From the NCBI GenBank assembly GCA_965214095.1, contig OZ243938.1:480001-544000 (forward strand): 64,000 nucleotides of DNA. Reading direction: 5' to 3'. Source of the DNA: Candidatus Poribacteria bacterium. Lineage in GTDB: Bacteria; Poribacteria; WGA-4E; WGA-3G. Shown piece after piece: positions 31,230 through 40,399 of the stretch; the stretch's first letter is position 1, and the number at the start of each line of letters is the position of its first letter. Under the pieces are notes generated by a model that made no database searches, was not told the DNA's origin, and worked only from the letters and a program-made list of their open reading frames with translations. Both the position numbers and the translations under genes were made by a program.

Positions 31230-31742
31230 TCAATGCTCCACTGGTATTTCAGTTTTGAAATTTATCACAAATCCTGGTGGAAAATTACCCGATTCAACTT
31301 CATCTATGAGTTTGTTTAGGGCAATTTGTGCTTTATTTGCTAATTCTGCATCTATTATACCATTTTCAAGTGCGGTTTCAAATTCATCCTCATCTTGAAT
31401 TTCGTAAGTGCCATCAGGTGAAACCCATAAATCAAGAAATAGGTCAACGATTTCAAATTTATCAGGAGTGCGTTCAACAGGTAATATTATATCACAATAG
31501 TAGCCTGTCCATTCGTTCTTTAGGTTATAGATTTTACCGATGTCATACCACAATCCTGTGAATACAAACCATACTGCAGTGAAATTATCACCTAAAACCG
31601 TTTCACCATCTATTACTATTGGGGCAGAAGGAGTAACCCTTTGTGAAGTAACGATTACCTCTTTGTCTTTATACAACAACTGCTGTTCAAAATAATTAAC
31701 ACGATCCGGAAGTCTTTTATAGGTGAGTGTGATTGTTTGCAT
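31230..31742 (-). CDS. DUF402 family protein
   Basis: YYCDI..P, DLFLDLWV.PDG...DEDEF. Confidence 0.85.
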   Translation of the reverse strand: MQTITLTYKRLPDRVNYFEQQLLYKDKEVIVTSQRVTPSAPIVIDGETVLGDNFTAVWFVFTGLWYDIGKIYNLKNEWTGYYCDIILPVERTPDKFEIVDLFLDLWVSPDGTYEIQDEDEFETALENGIIDAELANKAQIALNKLIDEVESGNFPPGFVINFKTEIPVEH

Positions 31743-31750
31743 TGTTATGT

Positions 31751-32743
31751 TTAAGCATCAATTGCATTGCGGAACGTCTTGATGTGCGCGGGAGTTGTAC
31801 CACAACACCCACCTATCAAATATGCACCTGTATCAATAAGTGCGGGGACATACTCTGCCATCTCTGTCGGTGATTGCGAATAAACTGTCTTATAGTTTTC
31901 ATCAAGTTCAGGCATGCCTGCGTTTGGATATGCCATCATCCGTATGTCGTCAACATTCATCTCTGACATTGCTGAATGCAGTTGATGTGTGCCTGTAATT
32001 GCGTATGGCATGCCTGAATGTTCTGCTTTCTTGGATTCTGCACCACAATTTGTCCCGATTATATCAATATAATTAAGGAGATTATCCCCATTTGAAAATT
32101 CCCCACTGCCAAGTATCTGAAGCAAGTCTGATGCGGAATGCCCCCAATCGGTTTTATAGATTTCTTTCCCTGTGCGCCGTTCTTTCGTCCATTTGTATGT
32201 CATATTGACAGCGATTGGCAGTTCTGTTTCGCGGGCAATGTCTGCTGCAATCGCTGCTTCTTTAGCCGAAAACATCGTTTCAAGACAGAGAAAGTCCACA
32301 CCCTCTTCAGCAAGTGTATGGATAACGAGTTTGTGTGCTTCACGCACATCATCATTTGCAATTCCGAAGGTAGTATCCCCGCTATCTGCTTCTATTGCAC
32401 CTGGCGATGGACCAACAGAACCGGCAATGTAGATGTCGTTATCACCCCCTGCAACTGCTTGTTTGGCATGTTTAACTGCAAGTCGAATGAGTCGTTTGGC
32501 ATCTGTTTTGTCCTGTCCTGCCATATCCAAGTGTAGAGGAGAAGCGACAAATGTGTTCGTGCCGATAGCTTCCGCACCTGAATTGATATAATCTATATGG
32601 ATGTCAACTACCGCATCAGGATATGTTTCATTTGCTATAGCACTGTTTGCAAGTTGAATGTCTCGGGCAAATAATTGAGAACCGAATCCACCATCAAAAA
32701 GAATGGGATTATCAGTTTTTAATCGTTCTCGAAAGTCAATCAC
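31751..32743 (-). CDS. Homocysteine S-methyltransferase family protein (stand-alone Hcy-binding domain)
   Basis: FDGGFG, TNTF, GSVGP, LETM, GTNC, PNAG, GGCCGT. Confidence 0.9.
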   Translation of the reverse strand: MIDFRERLKTDNPILFDGGFGSQLFARDIQLANSAIANETYPDAVVDIHIDYINSGAEAIGTNTFVASPLHLDMAGQDKTDAKRLIRLAVKHAKQAVAGGDNDIYIAGSVGPSPGAIEADSGDTTFGIANDDVREAHKLVIHTLAEEGVDFLCLETMFSAKEAAIAADIARETELPIAVNMTYKWTKERRTGKEIYKTDWGHSASDLLQILGSGEFSNGDNLLNYIDIIGTNCGAESKKAEHSGMPYAITGTHQLHSAMSEMNVDDIRMMAYPNAGMPELDENYKTVYSQSPTEMAEYVPALIDTGAYLIGGCCGTTPAHIKTFRNAIDA

Positions 32744-32768
32744 GATGTTAGTGTTATCTCCTTAATTC

Positions 32769-34682
32769 TTATACAATATCTGTCGGCATGCGTTTGAATT
32801 GACAACCCTCTACGAAAACGTCAAAGAAATCGGATGTTGTCTCAAGTTCAATATGCTCAATGTTTTTGACGAAATTCTCTATTTCAATCCGTTTTCCTCT
32901 TGAAAGCAGGACCGCTTTCGCTCCACCGACAGCCGCGTTGCCTATTTTGACAATTCTATCCTCTGGCACAGGCGCAAGGAAACCTATATCAATGGCATCT
33001 TGGATATTGACATAATTTGCAAATCCACCTGCTAAATAGAGTTTGCTGATGTCCTGTGGAGAACATCCAAAATGACGTAGGACGATATACTGTCCGCAGT
33101 AGTTTGCTGCTTTTGCTTGTGCTAAATTGCTTGCATCATCTCGTGAAAAGGTAATTCCGTGTTCGGGAAAAAGTTCCAATATCCTTTGTTTCCTATCTGC
33201 AAAAACTCCCTTCGGACTCATCTGGTCACTCCGTAGCATTTCAGCGAGTAGAGAGATTAGTCCTGAACCACACAATCCTTGCGGTTCTTTACTATCAATA
33301 GTCTCATATTCAATCTTACCGTCGTTCCATTTCACTGATTCAATCGCACCAGGGTATGCAGGCATACCGTATTCTATACCTCCACCTTCAAATGCGGGTC
33401 CCGCAGGACATGATGCGGAAACCATCCGATTCGAATTTCCTACAACTACCTCAGTGTTTGTGCCGACATCAACCAACATCACGATGTCTTCCTGTGATTG
33501 CATGTCAATAGAAACTAAATCCGCAGCGACATCAGCACCAACATGGCTTGCAATGAGTGGCAGACTGTAGACCAATGCCTTTGGATTTGAACGTATACCT
33601 ATTCGACGTGCTTTTTCGGTTAATGAAGTAGTTGAACGTATACCTTCAAGATATTCATGCTCAATTGTGGATTTATACGGTTTCTGACCGATGCTTTGCA
33701 CATCATGTCGGAAGAAGATGTCACGCATCGTTGTGTTGCCTGCGACTACAATTTCGTAAATCTCCTGTCGCACAAAATCATGCGTTTCACACATCTCCAT
33801 GATTTGACTATTCAACGCTGCTATGAGTGATTTACGGAGTTCTCCCTCAAACTCACCATCATAGGAGATGCGATGCATGATGTCACTGCCACCGAACCGT
33901 TGTGGATTTTCAAAAGAACTAACAGAGACTGTCTCACCGTTCTCCAAATCAACAAGATTAGCAACTACAGTGGTAGTACCGATGTCTAATGCAAGTCCAT
34001 AGATATGTCCACGGAAACGGTCAACGGGTTCGTTGTCGTAATAGACAATGCCATCTTTCTGTGTTACAAGTGGATTGAGAGATTGGGAAGTGTCGGTCTT
34101 TTCTCCAATTGTCCCAATATGTGTCAGGATTCGTGGTGAACGACGGAGTGGGGTAAATTCAATGTGTGCATCAATATCAAGAACAACGGACTGACAAGCA
34201 AGTCGGTAGTTGTCTCGCAGGAATGCCTCTGCTTCATTTTGGGGGCGAAGATGTTCCATTCCTTGCTTTATCTCAACAATACACTCATGGCATTGACCTG
34301 TACGAAAGCAGGAGGTAGGCACTTGAACGGCTAAATCGTCTGCATAATCAAAAACAGTTTTTCCGGGGGAGAGTTGATATGTCTTACCATCACAGGTGAT
34401 TGTACCCTTAGATTTAATATCTAATAAACCTGTATCGTCTGATGCATCTGTTTCCCATGCATCGCGATAATCCAGTTTATCGTCCCCGACACACAGAAGT
34501 CCTGTGCCTTCATCTATCTTTCGTTGGTTTCTGCAACCGAATTGTGCAGTGCAATGGTCAAATCTATTTTTGTACGGACAGCGGTAGGTTGCTTGTTCGT
34601 CAGCATGTGTGATAAGGTCTTCAAAAATTTCTGTGATTTTGTTGAGGCGTTTTTCGTATTCGGATTTATCAATTTTCTTCAT
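32769..34682 (-). CDS. ATP-dependent reductive activator of corrinoid proteins (RACo-like, 2Fe-2S plus ASKHA)
   Basis: SC...GQCHEC..RLACQ; LDIGTTT, DVGTNTE, AGPAFEG, CGSG, GNAA. Confidence 0.9.
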   Translation of the reverse strand: MKKIDKSEYEKRLNKITEIFEDLITHADEQATYRCPYKNRFDHCTAQFGCRNQRKIDEGTGLLCVGDDKLDYRDAWETDASDDTGLLDIKSKGTITCDGKTYQLSPGKTVFDYADDLAVQVPTSCFRTGQCHECIVEIKQGMEHLRPQNEAEAFLRDNYRLACQSVVLDIDAHIEFTPLRRSPRILTHIGTIGEKTDTSQSLNPLVTQKDGIVYYDNEPVDRFRGHIYGLALDIGTTTVVANLVDLENGETVSVSSFENPQRFGGSDIMHRISYDGEFEGELRKSLIAALNSQIMEMCETHDFVRQEIYEIVVAGNTTMRDIFFRHDVQSIGQKPYKSTIEHEYLEGIRSTTSLTEKARRIGIRSNPKALVYSLPLIASHVGADVAADLVSIDMQSQEDIVMLVDVGTNTEVVVGNSNRMVSASCPAGPAFEGGGIEYGMPAYPGAIESVKWNDGKIEYETIDSKEPQGLCGSGLISLLAEMLRSDQMSPKGVFADRKQRILELFPEHGITFSRDDASNLAQAKAANYCGQYIVLRHFGCSPQDISKLYLAGGFANYVNIQDAIDIGFLAPVPEDRIVKIGNAAVGGAKAVLLSRGKRIEIENFVKNIEHIELETTSDFFDVFVEGCQFKRMPTDIV

Positions 34683-34701
34683 AAAATTCTATCTATAAGC
34701 G

Positions 34702-35460
34702 TTACCATTCTTCGTCAGGTTCTTCAAGAAACTGCTTTGCCAAAGCAACACATTCCAGAGCGTCTTTTCCGTAGCCATCTGCACCCATATCGTCTGCAAA
34801 GGTCTGCGTAACAGGGGCACCACCAACCATAATCTTCACTTCTTCACGTAGGTCTTCATCAATAAATGCATCAATCGTTTTACCCATATTTGGCATTGTT
34901 GTTGTCAATAAGGCAGACATACCTAAAATGGGTGCTTCGTATTCTTCCACTGCATCAATAAACTCGTCTTCAGAGGTGTCCACCCCTAAATCGTGGACGA
35001 CGAAACCGGCACCGCGCAACATCATAATACATAGGTTCTTACCGATGTCATGCAGATCACCTTTGACTGTTCCCATGATGACAGTGCCGACAGGTTCAAT
35101 ACCCGAATCGGATAGGATCGGTTCAATGTGTGCCATTCCTGCTTTCATCGCACGTGCACAGGCAAGGACTTCTGGGACAAAGATGAAATTTTCACGAAAC
35201 TTGATGCCGACAATACCCATTCCTATTATTAATCCATCATCCATGATTTCTAAGGCTTCAGTGCCATTACCAAGTGCTTCTTCTGTGAGTTCGTCAACGG
35301 TGTGATGGTCACCATCAATCAGTGCAGCGGAAACGTCCTGCATGGCTGGTGATGCCTGTGAGAACATCTCAATAAAACGTTCTTTCTCATCAGGACGTTC
35401 AAGGTATTCTTCAATTTCTTCACGGATGAATTCGTTCGCGATGTCATTTATTGATGCCAC
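34702..35460 (-). CDS. Cobalamin-binding corrinoid protein
   Basis: GM..VG, FVPEV, GTVKGDLHDIGKN, SALLTTT, VGGAP; GTG start at 35460 follows GGGAGG. Confidence 0.92.
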   Translation of the reverse strand: MASINDIANEFIREEIEEYLERPDEKERFIEMFSQASPAMQDVSAALIDGDHHTVDELTEEALGNGTEALEIMDDGLIIGMGIVGIKFRENFIFVPEVLACARAMKAGMAHIEPILSDSGIEPVGTVIMGTVKGDLHDIGKNLCIMMLRGAGFVVHDLGVDTSEDEFIDAVEEYEAPILGMSALLTTTMPNMGKTIDAFIDEDLREEVKIMVGGAPVTQTFADDMGADGYGKDALECVALAKQFLEEPDEEW

Positions 35461-35534
35461 AGTTTGCGTAATCCTCCCTAAAGATATAGGATACCACACA
35501 GATGGAAAAATGGCAAATAAAATAGAAACAAGGA

Positions 35535-36119
35535 TTACCACCTTGTAGCTGCTTCACGATACAACTGAATCTGCTCCATATTGCGTGGCACTGAAACCTG
35601 CAGAGACTTCCTTTTTCTATAAACATCCTTCAGGACTATCGGGGTACGAAGCATATTGGTTAAAGTAACTATACCTGATTCAAAATATACCCACATCCGT
35701 TGTTCTGCATAAGGGTTCAGCACATAGGCAGAATCGATATTTTCAGATTTTCCTACGATTTCTGAAAAAGCATCGTATTTTGGATATGTGAGTTCAATGG
35801 TCTTGTCGTATCCCTCTAAAAATACTTGTTCCGGTGGAGTTTTGGGGGTATATCCGCTTAACTTACACTTACTTATCTGAATGGGTGCCCCCGATTTATT
35901 CGTAAGATGTAATGAGACAACAATCGCTAACTTGTTATTATCATCACGATTGATAAACCATGTGTCGTCCTGTATTATCTGCACGGTCAATCCAGATATC
36001 TGTCGCCATCTGTGGTAAATGATAGCAGATAAAACTATACATACCAAACCGAGTAAAATCCAATGTCCCGTTGATGTTGTGAATAACTTCAAGAGTTCAT
36101 TGAGAGTTTGTTGAAGCAC
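35535..36119 (-). CDS. Hypothetical membrane-anchored protein
   Basis: N-terminal TM, operonic overlap with tsaC. Confidence 0.7.
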   Translation of the reverse strand: MLQQTLNELLKLFTTSTGHWILLGLVCIVLSAIIYHRWRQISGLTVQIIQDDTWFINRDDNNKLAIVVSLHLTNKSGAPIQISKCKLSGYTPKTPPEQVFLEGYDKTIELTYPKYDAFSEIVGKSENIDSAYVLNPYAEQRMWVYFESGIVTLTNMLRTPIVLKDVYRKRKSLQVSVPRNMEQIQLYREAATRW

Positions 36120-36733
36120 ATCAACTCCTTGTTCAGTGTTTCAGTAGAAATTACACCTTCTCTGTGGACAATATAGGGTGAAACCGAGATATCATATACC
36201 GTTGAAGGAATGGGTCCGGGTGTTTTTCCATCATCTGCAATAAAATCTAATCTCGCTGTCAGTTCGTCTCCAAATTCTTTCGGGGAGGTAGCTGCAGGTT
36301 GTCCAGATAGATTGGCACTTGTAATTGCAAGAGGTCCACCAAATTCCTGTAGTATTTTCAACAGTAAAGGTTGATTTGGAATACGCAGACCGACTGAGGT
36401 TCCACCTGCAGTAAGTTGAGGCAGTAGGTTTTTTGATTGGACGATGATTGTCAGTCCTCCGGGCCAATATTTTTCTGTGAGGTGAAAAAAGAATGGTGGT
36501 AGGTTCTGTGAGACTTTATGTACATCGTCAACAGATCCGAGTACTAAAGGAATCGGTTTATCTTCAGGTCTACCTTTGATCGTGTATAGTTTTTGCACAG
36601 CATCGGGGTTGAAAGGGTCTGCACCTATTCCGTAGACTGTATCGGTAGGTATTGCAATGATACCGCCTGATTTCAGGGTATTTACTGCATCGGTAACGCG
36701 TGAATCAGAATCCAAGTATAATCCTCCCTTCAA
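36089..36733 (-). CDS. tsaC: Threonylcarbamoyl-AMP synthase (start may be 36715)
   Basis: PTDTVYG, KGRP..KP, WPG.LT, TSANLSG. Confidence 0.95.
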   Translation of the reverse strand: MKGGLYLDSDSRVTDAVNTLKSGGIIAIPTDTVYGIGADPFNPDAVQKLYTIKGRPEDKPIPLVLGSVDDVHKVSQNLPPFFFHLTEKYWPGGLTIIVQSKNLLPQLTAGGTSVGLRIPNQPLLLKILQEFGGPLAITSANLSGQPAATSPKEFGDELTARLDFIADDGKTPGPIPSTVYDISVSPYIVHREGVISTETLNKELMCFNKLSMNS

Positions 36734-37752
36734 ACATCAACGATAGATCCGTTAGCAGCAGCGTTGAGAGAAAGTTCATCTCGCAACCCCTGCTGATATT
36801 TTTCATAAGCGATGCCTGCAATCATTGCACCGTTATCGGTACAAAGATTGATTGGAGGATAGTAGACCTCAGTACCAATTTCTATTGCAGCTGACTTCAA
36901 TGAAGATCGTAGGTGGCTGTTCGCTGCAACACCGCCTGTCAATGTAATGGTGCGTGCATCTGTGGTTTTAGCTGCATGCACAGTCTTAGCAACGAGTACT
37001 TCCACGACAGCCGCCTGAAAACTGGCCGCAATGTCCTCAATTGCTATTTCTCCATGAGTAATCTTATTGTCGCGTTCTGCTTTCTCTACAAAATAGCGGA
37101 CAGAGGTCTTTATTCCACTAAAACTAAATTGGTAATCGCCACTTCGTAGCATAGGACGTGGGAAGTCTATTGCTTTAGGATTACCTTTCTGTGCCAATTC
37201 ATCAATAATACGTCCACCGGGAAATCCGAGTCCGAGATACTTAGACACTTTATCATAGACTTCGCCTGCGGCATCGTCCTGCGTTGTACCTAAGACTTTG
37301 TATGTCCATCCTTCATAAACTTCCACAAGTAAGGTGTGTCCACCTGATACAGTCAAGCAAATATGTGGAAATGTCAAGGTCTCATGCACCATGTAATTGG
37401 CGTAGATATGTCCTTCTATATGATTGATACCGAGTAGTGGGAGATTATGACAATACGCCAGACTCTTTGCGGCTGCAACACCTACAAGCAAGGCACCGAT
37501 GAGTCCAGGACGGTTGGTAACCGCTATGGCATCTATATCAGCAAAGGTGGTGTCTGCTTCTTTCAAGGCTTTATTGACGATGTAGTTGATGGCTTCTATG
37601 TGTTTCCGTGATGCTAATTCAGGAACAACACCACCATATTCTTGATGTGCTTTTACCTGAGATGCAACTACATTGGAGATGACTTCACGACCATCCTCAA
37701 CGATTGCTGCTGCTGTTTCATCACAAGATGTATCAATTCCAAGTATTTTCAC
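36730..37752 (-). CDS. tsaD: tRNA threonylcarbamoyltransferase
   Basis: TSCDET, GGVVPELASR.H, HIEGH, VSGGHT, DDAAGE, TDNGAMI. Confidence 0.97.
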   Translation of the reverse strand: MKILGIDTSCDETAAAIVEDGREVISNVVASQVKAHQEYGGVVPELASRKHIEAINYIVNKALKEADTTFADIDAIAVTNRPGLIGALLVGVAAAKSLAYCHNLPLLGINHIEGHIYANYMVHETLTFPHICLTVSGGHTLLVEVYEGWTYKVLGTTQDDAAGEVYDKVSKYLGLGFPGGRIIDELAQKGNPKAIDFPRPMLRSGDYQFSFSGIKTSVRYFVEKAERDNKITHGEIAIEDIAASFQAAVVEVLVAKTVHAAKTTDARTITLTGGVAANSHLRSSLKSAAIEIGTEVYYPPINLCTDNGAMIAGIAYEKYQQGLRDELSLNAAANGSIVDV

Positions 37753-37945
37753 AAGTGTATCTTCAATGTTATGGTATAGATGTTAGATAGTGTTTTCATT
37801 ATATCACATAAATATCTGTTAGACAATGGTTTTATGGTGAAGCATCAGGGGTATTTAGTTTTAAGAATTCGTAATTATTGAAGTTAACTTACTGTTAAGT
37901 CACTGAATCGGTTCATCACTGAATTTATTGGATATTGATTCTTGC

Positions 37946-38125
37946 CTGAACCAGGATTTTCAGATTTACAAATCAAAGGTATGAATGCCTTTTGGCATTC
38001 ACTGGGACAAGAGTCTGAAACATCAAAGTGCCATCCAGAGAATAAACGTCAAACTGGGAATAGGAACTTTGCAGAGCCAAACTCATAATCCTGCAAATCT
38101 ACTAATCCTGCAAATCCTGGTTCAG
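37946..38125. repeat. Long inverted-repeat intergenic element
   Basis: CTGAACCAGGATTT pairs with AAATCCTGGTTCAG; internal tandem AATCCTGCAAATC. Confidence 0.65.
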
Positions 38126-38410
38126 ACAAATAGAAATACACGCAACTTCTGTGAAATTAGAAATTCATCCAAAAACAAACAGAAAATGAAAAATATGTGA
38201 TATTGTAAAAAATAATTTGACATAAGTATATATATATGTTAATATATATTTTTATAATTACAAAATATATGTTATATATAGTTTAACAATATTGAGAGAT
38301 TTGTAGGAGTGATATAATAGATACTATGATGAATATAGAACACGATATTCAGACAATTCATCACAAATTTCTATACAAAAACAACTTACAAATGTCAGCA
38401 TCTCAGAAGA

Positions 38411-38532
38411 ATCTTACAGTTTACAAGATTTAAATTTTAGTACCATCAGATTATGTGCTATATACCCATACAGATACTGGAGTTATAGGCAATTTACCTG
38501 TCTTACAGTTTGTAAGAGATTTCTTACAGTTT
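38411..38532 (+). promoter_or_regulatory. Three copies of TCTTACAGTTT, candidate protein-binding sites
   Basis: Copies at 38412, 38501 and 38522; the middle one forms the palindrome TCTTACA-GTT-TGTAAGA. Confidence 0.5.
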
Positions 38533-38558
38533 CGTAACTTTTCAAGAAGGAGACAACC

Positions 38559-39296
38559 ATGAAATTACAAGATAAACACAATGAATTTGCTGTCAAATGC
38601 TACGCAAAATACATGAAAACCAACGATGTCGTCCAAGCGTTAATTGAAGGATTCGCTGACGAACTTCCACAACCGCCACTACCACCAAAATTGCTCGATT
38701 ATGAGAAGGAAGTGGAAGGTATTGATTACCAGTATAGCAAGAATGAATATGTCACAGAACAAATGAAAGAGATAAAACATCGATACTTCAAAACATACGA
38801 AAACAAAGGACACACCAAGCTTAAACAACACTACGAAAGACTCATACAAGACATTGAGAAAGATTTCGATCTGAATTGGAGAGAAAAACGTAAAGAACGA
38901 CTCAACGACCTACTGCACAAACATAGCTTGGAAGAAAAAGACTTTTACAAAAAACTCAGTTCAGAACTTTCAAACCAAATCCGAAGACTAAACATCACGC
39001 ACACGCAATTTCCAGAAAAGTATCAGAAATTATTCAACGAAACACGTGCTGAATTCTTCAAATGTCAAGGCAACCAAAACCTGCCAAATAACGATAATAT
39101 ACTAAATGAATTAGAAACAATGTACGCCTATGTGAAAAACCTGATCTTTCAAGAAGAAATACCCGCAGAAGTTATTAAACAGGTTAACATGGCACACAAC
39201 TTACTAAAAACCATTGCATCACATAAGCAAAATGATATACAAAAACAGGAGACAAATATAGACACACAAAAATCAAATCATACAGAACTTTCGTAG
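38559..39296 (+). CDS. Hypothetical helical protein, weakly DUF2280-like
   Basis: AGGAG RBS; N-terminal helices and KYQKLFNETRAEF motif. Confidence 0.65.
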   Translation: MKLQDKHNEFAVKCYAKYMKTNDVVQALIEGFADELPQPPLPPKLLDYEKEVEGIDYQYSKNEYVTEQMKEIKHRYFKTYENKGHTKLKQHYERLIQDIEKDFDLNWREKRKERLNDLLHKHSLEEKDFYKKLSSELSNQIRRLNITHTQFPEKYQKLFNETRAEFFKCQGNQNLPNNDNILNELETMYAYVKNLIFQEEIPAEVIKQVNMAHNLLKTIASHKQNDIQKQETNIDTQKSNHTELS

Positions 39297-39298
39297 GT

Positions 39299-39430
39299 TA
39301 TACCATTTCTAAAAGATAACTTGTCATTATTAAAATAGGTGTTTGTAATCGTGCAATTCATTGCGCCTCTTATATTCTCTGTCTTCGTTTGAAGTCACAA
39401 TCTCATAATGAACTATTCTTTAATAGAATA
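39299..39430. mobile_element. MITE family A copy with a degenerate right end
   Basis: TATACCATTTCTAA..GATAACTTGTCATTA..CACAATCTCATA.TGAACTATT, colinear with 20326-20463. Confidence 0.75.
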
Positions 39431-39496
39431 TTGATTGACAAATTTCCATAGAAGCATTAATATATTGTCATTATTTATGCCTATTGGAGGGGAATA

Positions 39497-40348
39497 ATGG
39501 ATAAACTCTCTATTGTTGATACACATGTTCATCTGTGGCATCCTAAGCAACTCAGATATCCATGGCTGAAACAGGTTCCAGCATTAAATAAACCGTATCT
39601 TCTGGAGGATTATTCTGCCGCACACGATAATCTGGAAGTAGAATCCATTGTCTTCGTCCAATGTGACACGCATCCAGATGATGGTCTAAAGGAGACCGCG
39701 TGGGTTACTTCACTTGTCGCTACAGAACCACGTATCAGAGGTATTGTTGCTTGGGCTCCACTTGAAGAGGGTCAACAAGTTGCACCTTTTGTGGAAAAAT
39801 TGGCAGAAGAAAATCTTGTCAAAGGTATCCGTAGACTAATTCAAGGGGAAAGTGTTGATTTTTGTATCCAACCTAACTTTGTGAATGGCGTGAAAACGCT
39901 TGCAAGGTATGGATTGAGTTTTGACATCTGTATCTTTCACCCACAACTTGCTAATGCTATTCGTCTTGTTGAGCAGTGTCCAAATGTCCAATTTGTGTTA
40001 GATCATATTGGTAAACCGGACATCAAAAATCAGTTGTTTGACCCGTGGAAACAAGAACTGAAAACGCTTGCAGAATTTCCGAATGTCCACTGCAAAATCT
40101 CTGGATTGGTAACAGAAGCAGATCAGGAAACTTGGACACCTGCTGATCTACAACCCTATATTGACCATGTAATAGCATGCTTTGGGTTTGGCAGAGTCAT
40201 GTATGGGAGTGATTGGCCCGTATCAACACTTGCATCGGATTATAAACGTTGGGTGCACACATTACAAGTAGCAGTAGCCGGATGTAGTGATGATGAGTTT
40301 AGCAAGTTATTTCACGACAATGCAAAGAGATTCTATAGACTGAAGTAA
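39497..40348 (+). CDS. Amidohydrolase_2 family protein (L-fuconolactonase-like)
   Basis: DTHVHLW, LDHIGKP, CKISGL, GSDWP. Confidence 0.9.
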   Translation: MDKLSIVDTHVHLWHPKQLRYPWLKQVPALNKPYLLEDYSAAHDNLEVESIVFVQCDTHPDDGLKETAWVTSLVATEPRIRGIVAWAPLEEGQQVAPFVEKLAEENLVKGIRRLIQGESVDFCIQPNFVNGVKTLARYGLSFDICIFHPQLANAIRLVEQCPNVQFVLDHIGKPDIKNQLFDPWKQELKTLAEFPNVHCKISGLVTEADQETWTPADLQPYIDHVIACFGFGRVMYGSDWPVSTLASDYKRWVHTLQVAVAGCSDDEFSKLFHDNAKRFYRLK

Positions 40349-40399
40349 GCACAGTGTGTAAATATGCACATTACTTTGGTAAATTGCAATCATATCACT

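Noticed and set aside
35461-35541. Hydrophobic N-terminal anchor on the corrinoid protein
   Set aside because: A strong GGGAGG RBS precedes GTG 35460, so the extension is probably not translated
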